A stretch of 64,000 nucleotides of DNA, from contig CP147778.1 in the NCBI GenBank assembly GCA_037305845.1, positions 2,656,001 through 2,720,000 of the forward strand. The letters run 5' to 3'. The notes under the pieces are model-generated. The model was not told the origin of the DNA, ran no database searches, and saw nothing but the letters and a program-made list of their open reading frames with translations. How positions within the stretch are numbered: position 1 is the first letter of the stretch; each line of letters starts with the position of its first letter. The translations under genes were made by a program, and so were the position numbers. This document shows positions 1 to 10,392 of this stretch, piece after piece. Origin of the DNA: Candidatus Freyarchaeum deiterrae. GTDB lineage: Archaea > Asgardarchaeota > Jordiarchaeia > Jordiarchaeales > Jordiarchaeaceae.

Positions 1-3000
1 TGAACTAGGGTTCAACTTTTCAAGCCAGGGGAAAACAAGTTTCGCAACAACATTATCATTTTCCTTTTCAATAAATTTAAAGGGAGCATCTTCTCCGAAA
101 CACTCAGCGATTAGATTAATTTTGTCTCCGAAAAACGTCTTACTGATTGTTCCCAATTCCATTACAGGTACTCGGTCCTCCAACGCAAATTTTGGAAGGT
201 CGTTATCTATATTATTGATGTCTAGTTTCATGTCCTCGTACTCGTTTGATCTATCATTCATGTTTTTGTACTTCTTCCATACATCTGGCGCGAGTATCGC
301 TAATTCTACGCTCATCATCTGTACCTGCCAAAATAGGTTAAACTTGGCTATATAATCATCCAAAATTTTTTTTGAGGCACTCTCGATATCGATTTGTTCA
401 TCACTCTCCTTTAGAGTCTCCTTGAGTTCATCAACCATGGTCTTTGAGGGGATTTTCTTTCCAAAAGACTGTTTCACGAAATCGTTTACTAGTCTTTTAA
501 CCGCTGGGATTTCGTCATTCTCCCAGAAGGCTAGGGCTACATAAGTTTCCATCACATCACTGGTACTCTTGAAGAATGGGTCAAAGGAGAACTCCTGGCA
601 AATCTCTTCCAGTATTACTCTCTCTTCTTGAAAGAGAGGGCGTGGAGTTTCAAGAATTTTTTCAAATTTTTTGTGATTCTTGGCAATGTTCTCCAATTTT
701 TGGACAAGTTCGCGGAATACTTCTAGCTGATTCCCTAACTCCTCCAGTTGGTCATCGATTTCTGGTTTCTCTACTCTTATGAACTCGATAATTGCCTGCA
801 TTGTTTCTCTTTCATTCTTGATTATATTACAAATACTCTGGTAGGCGTCCTCAATGCCCATACCTAGTATTACCCTTACTGGCGGGATTAGTCTAAAATT
901 AGCGATGGTTTCACTAAAATAGTAAGTCGCCTTTTTTGGTTCTTCACCAGTAATCTTGTTCCAGACCCAGTCCTTTCTCTGTTCAACATACTTTTTCAAT
1001 TTGTTTATGGAATCAAAAGAGTTTTTTTCAACATCCAGCTTCTTCTCAAGTTTTTCCAGTCTGCTTAGGGTTTTCTTCGATTCCTTGGGATCCTGGGACT
1101 TTTTGATGGAACCCAAGTCGCTGATTAACTCATTATAAATCTTTACGACTTCATTTCCCAGCGCCTTAGATCTTATCACAGTACTATTCTGCATCTCTTT
1201 TTCTAGGGCTTCGATAAGGTTAAAGGTAGTCCAAGCGTAGTTTATTTCTCCAATTATTTTCTGATAGTTTTTATACAATTCGACTGCAGGTATCGGTATT
1301 CTAACTTCATCCCCCAAAAAAATTCCCCCAAACCCATCCTTCCCTAATAGCATTTTTCTTATCGCTTCTTGCAAAATTCGCTTCGCCTTATCAGCTCTTT
1401 CTACATTGCAAGTCAATGCGATTTCTTTTTCACTTATTCTTTTTATTTCGCTGCTAACATTTTCGAGAATCTTAACATTCTCAAATCCTGTGTCTTTCAG
1501 GATTACTTTAAAGGCGTCGTCTAATTTATCCAAAATCTTTGACTCTTTTAGAAGATACCCCAGTGTAGGATATATTGAGGTCATCTCTTTACCCACAAAG
1601 CCTTTGACTAGCTCCCTTATAAAACTTAAATACACAATAGAAGCAGGGTCTTTTATCTCTGGTTCCAGATGTTTTAAAGCTAACATTATAGCCGAGGCTG
1701 CATCACCTTTTAGGGAGCTCACAGCTCGCTCGTTGATAAAATCCGCAATTCTCATTCTGAACTGTTCTAAAGGCTCAGTAAATATTGAAAACACAATGTT
1801 AATCTGATAAAGCCTTTCTTGAAGAGTCGTGTAAAGTTTATTAATCCACTCATCCATCTTTCTTCTCAAAGTCTCGGTTTTCTGTTTGCTAAACACATCT
1901 TTCGCAAACTTATCCATACTGAAAACTTCATCTATTATTTTTACAAAGAGCCCCTCTATAATTTCTTGCTCAACCGCTGGAATAACCTCATTAATAATCT
2001 CTAACATTTCATTTTTTAAACCAGCTTTCTTTTTAGAATCGTAGGTTAGAGCCGTGAGTGGAAATGCTTCATAAATTTTATCCACCATACTCACCGCGAG
2101 AAAGTCCAATATCTCTTCCTTTCTCTGGGAGATTTCCTCAAAAGACATTGATTCAAATTTAGCGCCCACACTATATAGGAACTCCGACCCGTACTTCATT
2201 CTAACAAAGAAATCTTTCCTTTTTGTACCCCATTCCCTGAGCTTTTCTTTCAGTGTACTATCAAACAGGTTGAAATAGCTTCTCTGCTCACCAAGAAGAA
2301 GTAAACAAGAGGGATTTAACCGAAACAGACTCTCAGAAGCCGTCAAGGAGATGTGCTTGGGCCAAGATTCTAAATTCATGTCAACATTACTTCTTAGTGG
2401 CCCTAATATTTTCTGAATGCTAAACTCAGCTTCTTCCAACTTGATGTTTTGAGCCTCGTACACCTCATCTAAATATTCAGAGATCATTTCGGAACAAATA
2501 TGTTTACTTTCAACTAATCCTTTGTCATCCGCAGAAAGAGCCCTCAGAATTGTTCCCTGCTCTTTGAGAGCCTGTGTGCAAGCCTCAGAAAAAACTCTCC
2601 ATGAATCGCCCAGATCATCGGGAGATTTTACTATTTGATTCAATTCTCCATACCTAAAAGCGGAGGCACCGGTTCTTAATATTGCATCCAAGTTCGCTTC
2701 TTTTCCACTATTCTCCAATTCCGCAATGCGATAATTCAAGTGTTTAACAATACTTGACATCAGATAATCCTTAAGAAAAACGAAAAACTCTTTTTTACCT
2801 TTATTCTTCTGCTCTAGGGTATCGATGTCTAGGGAATAAGAACTGCCTGGTATCAGAGCGGCTCCTATATAAAACTCTCGAATCTCTCCCGCAACCTCAT
2901 ATTCTTTAACACACCAGCCGATTCCACCAGAAGAATTAATCCCGCCGAAGAACACATCCTTAGCGGTACCAGCATGCTCTCTAACAGACTGTTCTAATGC

Positions 3001-3168
3001 AAAAACCAAGCCCGTTGACATGTCAGGATCACTAGCTTTTTTTCCGCCGCCAACGGTGTAAATAGATATGCCAGTTTGGCCGTCACCAACGAGAATTTCA
3101 AGCATGCCAAAAGCATAATCTGCAGAAGATTTAGCTTCAGCTGAGCTTTCAACATTTACCTTTTCCAA
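1..3168 (-). CDS. Fused longin-like/alpha-helical protein (>1056 aa, 3'-partial); in-frame fusion of the homologs of 5881..7749 and 4409..5884
   Basis: TTG start at 3168 after GGGAG gives MEKVNVESSAEAKSSADYAFGMLEILVGDGQTGISIYTVGGG. At the junction the frame reads ...GIFLGDEV-RIPIPAVELYKNYQ... with no stop. The track lists no terminated minus-strand ORF here, consistent with an open frame running off the window. Confidence 0.85.
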   Translation of the reverse strand, partial: MEKVNVESSAEAKSSADYAFGMLEILVGDGQTGISIYTVGGGKKASDPDMSTGLVFALEQSVREHAGTAKDVFFGGINSSGGIGWCVKEYEVAGEIREFYIGAALIPGSSYSLDIDTLEQKNKGKKEFFVFLKDYLMSSIVKHLNYRIAELENSGKEANLDAILRTGASAFRYGELNQIVKSPDDLGDSWRVFSEACTQALKEQGTILRALSADDKGLVESKHICSEMISEYLDEVYEAQNIKLEEAEFSIQKILGPLRSNVDMNLESWPKHISLTASESLFRLNPSCLLLLGEQRSYFNLFDSTLKEKLREWGTKRKDFFVRMKYGSEFLYSVGAKFESMSFEEISQRKEEILDFLAVSMVDKIYEAFPLTALTYDSKKKAGLKNEMLEIINEVIPAVEQEIIEGLFVKIIDEVFSMDKFAKDVFSKQKTETLRRKMDEWINKLYTTLQERLYQINIVFSIFTEPLEQFRMRIADFINERAVSSLKGDAASAIMLALKHLEPEIKDPASIVYLSFIRELVKGFVGKEMTSIYPTLGYLLKESKILDKLDDAFKVILKDTGFENVKILENVSSEIKRISEKEIALTCNVERADKAKRILQEAIRKMLLGKDGFGGIFLGDEVRIPIPAVELYKNYQKIIGEINYAWTTFNLIEALEKEMQNSTVIRSKALGNEVVKIYNELISDLGSIKKSQDPKESKKTLSRLEKLEKKLDVEKNSFDSINKLKKYVEQRKDWVWNKITGEEPKKATYYFSETIANFRLIPPVRVILGMGIEDAYQSICNIIKNERETMQAIIEFIRVEKPEIDDQLEELGNQLEVFRELVQKLENIAKNHKKFEKILETPRPLFQEERVILEEICQEFSFDPFFKSTSDVMETYVALAFWENDEIPAVKRLVNDFVKQSFGKKIPSKTMVDELKETLKESDEQIDIESASKKILDDYIAKFNLFWQVQMMSVELAILAPDVWKKYKNMNDRSNEYEDMKLDINNIDNDLPKFALEDRVPVMELGTISKTFFGDKINLIAECFGEDAPFKFIEKENDNVVAKLVFPWLEKLNPSS

Positions 3169-3765
3169 AGCGACACTCCCAAAATTACCCACCGCTCCAG
3201 TAATAAGAATCATAACGGATTCATAAATTTCTTTCGCAAGAAAATAACTTTCTGTAGTGATGGGAGGAATTGAAATAATTTAAGATGGCGTTATATAATT
3301 CTCTAAAATTCTCTTTAAATATCCCTTTTACCGCTCTCCAAATCTCCTTTCTCTACTTCCAAAAGTTCTATTAGTTCTTGTTCGTTTGGCTCTTCTGAAT
3401 CCCACTTAACTTCTTTAACTCCTTTGTTTTTCTTTTACGTCTTATTTTTTGGAGAAATTTTATTAGTTGATTACTTGCTTTTTCCGACAAGTTATCAAAC
3501 TCTCTCTCTACTCTAAATTCTTGTAAGCTATCTTGTTTTCAATTCAAATTATATTTTCGTTTTTTATTTATTTAATGTTTTAAGAATATTTTTGCACTTT
3601 TTAACCGACAACCATTCCACAGAAATTGAAAATTTCCAATCCCCCTTTAGTTAAGAGCATAATATTGGGGGGCGGGTTTCCCAGAAATTTTTTATATTTA
3701 ATTTCTTCAACAATTCATATAATGAAGGTAGCTATCTCTCCAGCTAAACTAACGGGGCCGCATTC

Positions 3766-4407
3766 ATGGGTGACGAAAAATCAATCAAAAAGACTTACTC
3801 AATTTGTCCCTGCCTACTTAAGGACAAGGAAGAATATATATGTCTGGGGAGGGATGAACTTTACCCCTTATCCTTTTTCATACCAGTTAATTTCGAAATT
3901 GACTTGCCTTTAAAAGAAGAGAATACGTGTCTCGACATGGTTTACTCTGACAGCTCTGGACGCATCTGTTGCGGCTCAACCGGTTTACCGATTAAGGTAA
4001 AAGGAAAACTGATTTTTGATGAAGTTTTTAGTGAATTATACCGATTAGCCACCAGCCTCTTTAATCCAGAGGACATCTGCAGGGAGTGCATGTACAATCT
4101 TCTCAGCTTTGAGAAAATTAATAGAAAACTAATCTTCCTACTTTTCACATCTGGTAACCCCCACTGCAAAGAATTCGAAAAATCTTTCAAGGAGACGGTT
4201 GACAACCTGCAAGTCTGCGAAGAGGATTCCATTGTAAAAATGAAATTCTCTGGTAAAATAAAGGAAACTTTCAAGGATCGAATCAAAGAACTGCCCACCG
4301 TGTACATCATAGATGAAAAAAGAAAAATTGGTGAAATCGTGGGTGCTACAGGCAAAGATGAACTGGAGAAAATTCTAAGAAAAATATTGGGTTTAAAAAC
4401 AACCTGA
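3766..4407 (+). CDS. Thioredoxin-fold protein with Cys-rich N-terminal domain
   Basis: C-terminal half has the Trx pattern LIFLLFTSGNPHCKEFEKSF...LPTVYII...IVGATGKDELEKIL (cis-Pro LPT; CxxC reduced to NPHC). N-terminal half has CPC, CC and CREC. Confidence 0.7.
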   Translation: MGDEKSIKKTYSICPCLLKDKEEYICLGRDELYPLSFFIPVNFEIDLPLKEENTCLDMVYSDSSGRICCGSTGLPIKVKGKLIFDEVFSELYRLATSLFNPEDICRECMYNLLSFEKINRKLIFLLFTSGNPHCKEFEKSFKETVDNLQVCEEDSIVKMKFSGKIKETFKDRIKELPTVYIIDEKRKIGEIVGATGKDELEKILRKILGLKTT

Positions 4408-4408
4408 A

Positions 4409-5884
4409 TTACTTTCCTTCTTGAATAACTTCTTTCAGATAGTCTAGAAATCTTTTAAACTCTTCTTCTGCCTCTAAACCGTACAAGCTTAATATTTTTT
4501 GATAGGCATCATATTTTCCCTTATTCTCTTCAAACAACGTTTTCCAAGTATAGGCTCTCACCCATGATCTGATAGACTTCGAATTGGGGTTCAAATTTTT
4601 AAGCCAAGGAAATGCAAGTTTAACCACAATATTATCATTTTCTTTTTCAATTAACTTCAAGGAAGCTTCCTCTCCGAAACACTCGGCGATTAACTCGAGT
4701 TTGTCTCCAAAGAATGCCTTATTAGTTGTTCCCAATTCCATTACTGGTACTCCGTCCTCCCACGCAAATTGTGGAAGGTCTTTGTCTATATTATTGATGT
4801 CTAGCTTCATCTCCTCGTACTCGTTTGCTCTATCGTCATGGTTTTTGTACTTCTTCCAGACGCTTGGAGCGAGTAGCGCTAATTCCACACGCATAACCTG
4901 TATCTGCCAAAATAGGTTAAACTTGGCTATGTACTCCTCCAAAATTTTCTTTGCAGCACTTTCTACATCGATTTGTTCCTCGCTCTTCTTTAGTGTTTCT
5001 TTAAGTTTTTCAACCATGGTCTTTGAGGGGATTTTCTTTCCAAAAGACTGTTTCACGAAATCGTTTACCAGCCTTTTAACCGTTGGAATTTCATCATACT
5101 CCCAGAAGGCTAGGTCTAAGTAGGTTTCCATCACATCGTAAGCACTCTTGAAGAATGGGTCAAAGGAGAACTCCTGACAAATCTCCTCCAGCAGAGCTTT
5201 CTCTTCCTGAAAAAGAGGGTGAGACGTTTCAAGAATTTTTTCAAATTTTTTATGATTCTTGCCAATCTTTTCCAATTTCTGTGCAAGTTCTCGGAATACC
5301 TCTAGCTGATTCCCTAATTCCTTCAATTGGTCTTCAATTTCCGGCCTCTCATCTTCTATGAACTCAATAATTGTCTCAATTGTTTCTTTTTCAGTCTTGA
5401 GTATATCACAAATACTCTGGTAAGCATCCTCGATGCCCATACCTAGCATTACCCTAACCGTCGGGATTAATCTAAAATTAGCGATAGTTTCACTAAAATT
5501 GTAAGTCGCCTTTTTTGGCTCTTCACCAGTAATCTTGTTCCAGACCCAATCTCTTCTCTGCTCAATATACTTTTTCAATTTGTTTATGGAATCAAAAGAA
5601 TTTTTTTCAACATCCAGCTTCTTCTCAAGTTTTTCCAGCCTGCTTAGGGTTTTCTTCGATTCCTTGGGATCCTGAGACTTTTTGGCAGAACCTAGGTTGC
5701 TGATTAACTCATTATAAATCCTTGCGACTTCATTTCCCAGCGCCTTAGAACTAATCAAAGTATTACTCTTCATCTCACTTTCTAGAGCTTCGACTAGATT
5801 AAAACTGGTCCAAGCGTAATTTATTTCTCCAATGATTTTCTGATAGTTTTTATACAATTCGACTGCAGGTTTCGGTATTCTCAA
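4409..5884 (-). CDS. Uncharacterised alpha-helical/coiled-coil protein (491 aa)
   Basis: Long E/K/L-rich ORF. TTG start overlaps the upstream TGA (TTGA) behind a GGTGA SD. Paralogous to 1-1300. Confidence 0.85.
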   Translation of the reverse strand: MRIPKPAVELYKNYQKIIGEINYAWTSFNLVEALESEMKSNTLISSKALGNEVARIYNELISNLGSAKKSQDPKESKKTLSRLEKLEKKLDVEKNSFDSINKLKKYIEQRRDWVWNKITGEEPKKATYNFSETIANFRLIPTVRVMLGMGIEDAYQSICDILKTEKETIETIIEFIEDERPEIEDQLKELGNQLEVFRELAQKLEKIGKNHKKFEKILETSHPLFQEEKALLEEICQEFSFDPFFKSAYDVMETYLDLAFWEYDEIPTVKRLVNDFVKQSFGKKIPSKTMVEKLKETLKKSEEQIDVESAAKKILEEYIAKFNLFWQIQVMRVELALLAPSVWKKYKNHDDRANEYEEMKLDINNIDKDLPQFAWEDGVPVMELGTTNKAFFGDKLELIAECFGEEASLKLIEKENDNIVVKLAFPWLKNLNPNSKSIRSWVRAYTWKTLFEENKGKYDAYQKILSLYGLEAEEEFKRFLDYLKEVIQEGK

Positions 5885-7749
5885 ACTTCATCACCCAGAA
5901 GAATTGCCTCTAATCCTTCTTTTCCTGATAACATTTTTCTTATCGCTTCTTGTAAGATAGACCTCGCTTCAATGGCTCTTTCCACACTGCTGTTCAATGC
6001 GATTTCTCTTTCACTTACTCTTTTAATTTCGCTGCTAACATTTTCGAGAATCTTAACATTCTCAAATCCTGTGTCTTTCAGGATTACTTTAAAGGCGTCG
6101 TCTAATTTATCCAAAATCTTTGCCTCTTTTAGAAGATATCCCAGTGTAGGGTACACCACATTCATCTCTTTACCCACAAACCCTTTAACTAACTCTTTTA
6201 CAAAACTCAAGTACACCACAGCAGCGGGGTCTTTTATCTCCGGTTCCAGATGTTTTAAGGCTAATATTATAGCTGAGGCTGCATCGCCTTTTAGGGTGGC
6301 CACGGCTCTCTCGTTAATGAAATCCGCAATATTAGCTCTGAACAGTTCTAAAGGCTCTGTAAATAGTGAAAACACAATGTTTGTCTTGTAAAGTCTTTCC
6401 TGAAGAGTTTTGTAGAGTTTGTTAATCCAATCATCCATTTTTTTTCTCATAGTTTCCGTTTTCTGTCTACCGAACACATCTTTTGTAAACTTTTCTACAT
6501 TGAAAACTTCATCCTTTATTTTTTCAAATAGCTCCAATATAGCCATTCGCTCAACCGCTGGAATAACCTCATTTATAATTTCCGACATTTCGTTTCTTAA
6601 AACAGCTTTCTTTTTAGGATCGTAAGTTAGAGCCGTGAGTGGAAAGGCTTCATAAATTTTATCCACCATACTCACAGCAAGAAAGTCCAGTATCTCATCC
6701 TTTCTCTCGGAAATTTCGTCAAAAGAAATCGATTCAAATTTAGCACCCACATTGTATAAAAACTCCGACCCATACCTCATTCTGATTAGGAAGTCTTTCC
6801 TTCTTGTCCCCCACTCTCTGAGTTTTTCTTTCAGTGCACTGTCAAACAGACTGAAATAATTTCTCTGCTCACCAAGAAGAAGTATACAAGAGGGATTAAT
6901 CAGGTACAGGCTTTCAGCCGCCGTTAGTGAGATATGTTTGGTCCAAGAATCTAGAGCCTTATCTACATTGCTTTTAAGTGGTCCTAATATTTTCTGAATG
7001 CTCCATTCAGCCTCTTCTAACTTTATATTTTGAGCCTCGTACACCTCTTCCAAGTATTCAGAGATCATTTCGGAACAAATACGTTTACTCTCAACTAATC
7101 CCTTCTTATCCGCAGAAATAGCCCTCAGAATTGTGCCATGCTCCTTAGTCGCAAATCTACAGGCATCAGAAAAAACTTTCCAGGAGTCGCTCAAATCCTC
7201 AGGGGTTTTCGCCATCTGATTTAATTCTCCACGCTTGAAAGGAGGGACACCAGTTCTTAACAACGCATCGCAGGTTGCTTCCTTTCCTTTTTCCCCCAAT
7301 TTTGCAATGCAAATATTCAAGTGTCTAATAATGCCCGGCATTAGAAAATCCTTGAGAAAAACGAAAAACTCTCTTTTACCCTTATTCTTCTGCTCCAGAG
7401 TATCGATGTCCAGAGAATAAGAACTACCAGGTGTCAGAGCAGCTCCAATATAAAACTCTCGAATCTCTTCCGCAACATTAAACTCCTTAACACACCAGCC
7501 GATTCCACCAGTAGCATTAATACCTCCAAAAAACACATCCTTGGCGGTGCCGGCATGCTCTCTGATAGACTGTTCGAGTGCAAAAACCAAGCCCGTTGAC
7601 ATGTCCACATCATTAGTCGCCCTTCCGCCGCCGACAGTGTAGATAGACATACCAGATTTTCCATCCCCAACAAGAATTTCAAGCGTACCAAAAGCGCTCA
7701 TGCCAGAAGATTTACCTTCAGCTGATTTTTCAACGTCTCCACTTTTCAA
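5881..7749 (-). CDS. Protein with N-terminal longin/roadblock-like domain and helical C-terminus (622 aa)
   Basis: ILVGDGKSGMSIY...DVDMSTGLVFALEQSIREHAG resembles the longin pattern (beta-hairpin with G, then a D-x-x-x-SG-L-x-x-A-L helix). The domain call is by eye. Paralogous to 1300-3168. Confidence 0.65.
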   Translation of the reverse strand: MKSGDVEKSAEGKSSGMSAFGTLEILVGDGKSGMSIYTVGGGRATNDVDMSTGLVFALEQSIREHAGTAKDVFFGGINATGGIGWCVKEFNVAEEIREFYIGAALTPGSSYSLDIDTLEQKNKGKREFFVFLKDFLMPGIIRHLNICIAKLGEKGKEATCDALLRTGVPPFKRGELNQMAKTPEDLSDSWKVFSDACRFATKEHGTILRAISADKKGLVESKRICSEMISEYLEEVYEAQNIKLEEAEWSIQKILGPLKSNVDKALDSWTKHISLTAAESLYLINPSCILLLGEQRNYFSLFDSALKEKLREWGTRRKDFLIRMRYGSEFLYNVGAKFESISFDEISERKDEILDFLAVSMVDKIYEAFPLTALTYDPKKKAVLRNEMSEIINEVIPAVERMAILELFEKIKDEVFNVEKFTKDVFGRQKTETMRKKMDDWINKLYKTLQERLYKTNIVFSLFTEPLELFRANIADFINERAVATLKGDAASAIILALKHLEPEIKDPAAVVYLSFVKELVKGFVGKEMNVVYPTLGYLLKEAKILDKLDDAFKVILKDTGFENVKILENVSSEIKRVSEREIALNSSVERAIEARSILQEAIRKMLSGKEGLEAILLGDEV

Positions 7750-7946
7750 AACAACACATCCAGAAAATTCTCTATCGCTTTCACATAAAAGAACATAACA
7801 GATTCCTAAAAGCTTATTGTACCCACAAACATTTTACCAACGACTAAACTGAGATTTGTTAGTTTGAAACGTTTTTCCACAAAATATATTAGAAAAAGGC
7901 TAATTTGTTTAGAGAACTGTTAAAGAAGTTACTCGGACTCTGTTTT

Positions 7947-8900
7947 CTATTCTTGCTGCTTTTTTATCTCCTTTAGAATTTTGTCTCTGGTTTTCTGATC
8001 CTTTGTAATTATTTTTCCATCAGTTGAGATGTATATTTTTGGTGTTTTTGCTTCAATTAGTGGTCCGACTTTTCTGAAATCTATTCCTTGTCTTGATTTT
8101 AACCCTTCTATTGCGTCGAGGATGTTGTCTCCCTCAAGGGTGATTTTCTGTATTCCCTTTACTCCACTGAATTGTGAATCTCCTGCGAATGATGCCTTTT
8201 CTACTGTTTCGTTTTCCATAATCTCTTGTAGAACGTATGGGGGTATGGTAATGGGGGCAAATTTTGCGGCTATTACTTTTTGCAAGGTTTTTATAACTTC
8301 ATCAACTTTTTTCTTTGAATCTCCACCTATTAAAAGCGTCTGTTTCTCCAAGTTTAGGATGCATCTCACATGGTTTACTGGATTTATCACCGTATAATCA
8401 AAGTCCCACTGTTCCACTAAAAGCGGCTTCTCCTCATAAGAATACACCAGGTAATACTCTTTATCCTTAGAAATTTCGAACACATTGAAATTGGCTCTCG
8501 AAGAATTGTCAATGCTCTTTAGCATTCGTTTTAGAATATTCTCTAAACCATTGGTATCTATACTCTCAATAGGCTTCGAATAATTGTAAACACTCCACTC
8601 ATCCTCTTTAAAAACGGTGTTCATATCATAAAGGAGCAGGAGGTCCAAAAACTTTGGGAAAATTAATTCTTTTCCGTCGAGAATTTCTATAATTTCATCT
8701 TTCGGTAAATCGCCAACTATTCCAAATCCCCAACCCGTTACTAGTTTCTGCACTACCTTTGGGCTTAAAGGCTCAAAAAGAAATTCTAAGACTCTCTTAT
8801 CTAACAACACTTTTCTTATTTCTGCGTAGCTCAAAGAAGTCACCGAATTTACATTATTGATTAACCCATAAACTCTATTATTAGAATCCTTTATTGTCAT
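7947..8900 (-). CDS. Hypothetical protein (317 aa)
   Basis: Long ORF with normal globular composition; no motif recognised. Confidence 0.8.
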   Translation of the reverse strand: MTIKDSNNRVYGLINNVNSVTSLSYAEIRKVLLDKRVLEFLFEPLSPKVVQKLVTGWGFGIVGDLPKDEIIEILDGKELIFPKFLDLLLLYDMNTVFKEDEWSVYNYSKPIESIDTNGLENILKRMLKSIDNSSRANFNVFEISKDKEYYLVYSYEEKPLLVEQWDFDYTVINPVNHVRCILNLEKQTLLIGGDSKKKVDEVIKTLQKVIAAKFAPITIPPYVLQEIMENETVEKASFAGDSQFSGVKGIQKITLEGDNILDAIEGLKSRQGIDFRKVGPLIEAKTPKIYISTDGKIITKDQKTRDKILKEIKKQQE

Positions 8901-9031
8901 TTATATGAATTTAGAGGCTTAACCCTCGCCTTCACTTTTTCTTAACCTTGATATAAGATTGGATTTTGATGCTTAAATTTATAACTTGCAAAAATTTAAA
9001 AAGTTATATACTAATTCTCAATAAATGAATA

Positions 9032-9850
9032 ATGTTGAGGGCTTACATTATGATAATAGACGCGCATACTCACCCTTATTTCAATAGAACCTCAACCAAA
9101 GGGCTTGGTTTTGTGGGAAACTTGGAAGGAGTACTAACCTATTCCTCATTAAAATATGCGAAAAACAGACTAGGTATTAAAAGGCTCGGTCACTATCTCC
9201 TGCAACGAATGTACACCAATGGTATCAATAGAGCGATAGTATCCGCGTTCCTTCCCTATACCACAATAGTTGTGAAAAGCCTCATAGACGTGTTCCCAGA
9301 ACAGTTTATCGGATTTTGCTGTGTGGACCCCCATGATCCGAAAGCCGGTCAAATCCTAGAAAACTATATCAGAAGCGGCTTCAAGGGCTTGAAGCTCCAT
9401 GCAGTGCACCAAAACTTCTGGCCTAAAGAAGCTATGCACATCTGGGAGAAAGCTGAAAAACTCAAGATTCCAGTTCTCGTACACTCTGGGCGAATATGGC
9501 AAGGAGACTCTGACAACTCCAATCCCTTATACTACCGGGAAATCATTGATAAGTTTCCGGGATTGAAAATGATTATTGCGCACCTGGGAGGATCATTTGA
9601 GAAAGAAGCATTACAGGTAGCAAAGGAATACGATAATATATGCCTAGACACATCCGGCGGACCTGCAAAAAAGATTATGATCGCTATACAAGCTCTGGGC
9701 AGTGACCGCGTAATCTTCGGCAGTGACATGCCCTTCATTCCTTTCGGGAACCCCGCCGACGAACTCAACAGAATTAGTAAATTAGAAATAAGCGACGAAG
9801 ATAAACAACTCATTCTGGGTCAAAACATACTAAGACTCCTCAAATCCTAA
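9032..9850 (+). CDS. Amidohydrolase family (Amidohydro_2-like) TIM-barrel metallohydrolase
   Basis: IIDAHTH, GLKLH, PVLVHSG, AHLGG, DTSG and FGSDMP motifs in the canonical order. The true start may be the second Met (MIIDAH). Confidence 0.92.
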   Translation: MLRAYIMIIDAHTHPYFNRTSTKGLGFVGNLEGVLTYSSLKYAKNRLGIKRLGHYLLQRMYTNGINRAIVSAFLPYTTIVVKSLIDVFPEQFIGFCCVDPHDPKAGQILENYIRSGFKGLKLHAVHQNFWPKEAMHIWEKAEKLKIPVLVHSGRIWQGDSDNSNPLYYREIIDKFPGLKMIIAHLGGSFEKEALQVAKEYDNICLDTSGGPAKKIMIAIQALGSDRVIFGSDMPFIPFGNPADELNRISKLEISDEDKQLILGQNILRLLKS

Positions 9851-9939
9851 TAAATCCCATTTTCAGCTCTTTACCGTCAAGGATAATACTTGATTCAACA
9901 TTTGAAAATTTAAAAAAGTGGGCTACTCCCCTTGATTCT

Positions 9940-10392
9940 CTACTTTAGATTATTATACTTGTAGAAAGCACAGTGTAAATCTTTTAGTAGGGAGTACCTA
10001 AACTCTATGGACGTTTTTCCAATAACCGAATCCTCTGTTGACTTCAAAGCCTCAGCAAACTTCTGCCGGTCTCCCTTTTCAAAGGATTCAAATAGTTTTT
10101 CACCCACCTTAAAAATCGGATTATTTAGGAGTTCGGAGTATTGATCACTTTTCCTCTTAAGAAAGTCTATGGCTTTTCGAGGTGGTTCTCGCAGGTTTAT
10201 CATTATTGAATGTGCAACCATGTCAAAAACGTATTCTGAGGCTCCCTTATAATCTCTAACTTTAAGGCGTGAGCTAATTGCATCAGCAGCACTCCTTGCA
10301 GAGTCCTGTAAATCTTCCCCGCTGTTCGCTACCATAGCCTCAAAAGATTTCATATCCTTACTATCCGGTGGACTTAGATATCTATCAGACAA
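9940..10392 (-). CDS. Hypothetical helical protein (150 aa)
   Basis: GGAGGT SD before a TTG start; protein-like composition. Confidence 0.7.
   Translation of the reverse strand: MSDRYLSPPDSKDMKSFEAMVANSGEDLQDSARSAADAISSRLKVRDYKGASEYVFDMVAHSIMINLREPPRKAIDFLKRKSDQYSELLNNPIFKVGEKLFESFEKGDRQKFAEALKSTEDSVIGKTSIEFRYSLLKDLHCAFYKYNNLK

Larger units (their letters stand above)
1..7800. repeat. Tandem direct duplication (~3.2 kb units: 1-3230 and ~4580-7810)
   Basis: Collinear nucleotide similarity throughout, including the upstream promoter region. 1445-1541 is identical to 6026-6122. Confidence 0.95.

Noticed and set aside
122-7420. Plus-strand Ser/Phe-rich ORFs that are similar between 122-2004 and 4584-7420
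   Set aside because: They are antisense shadows of the duplicated minus-strand genes.
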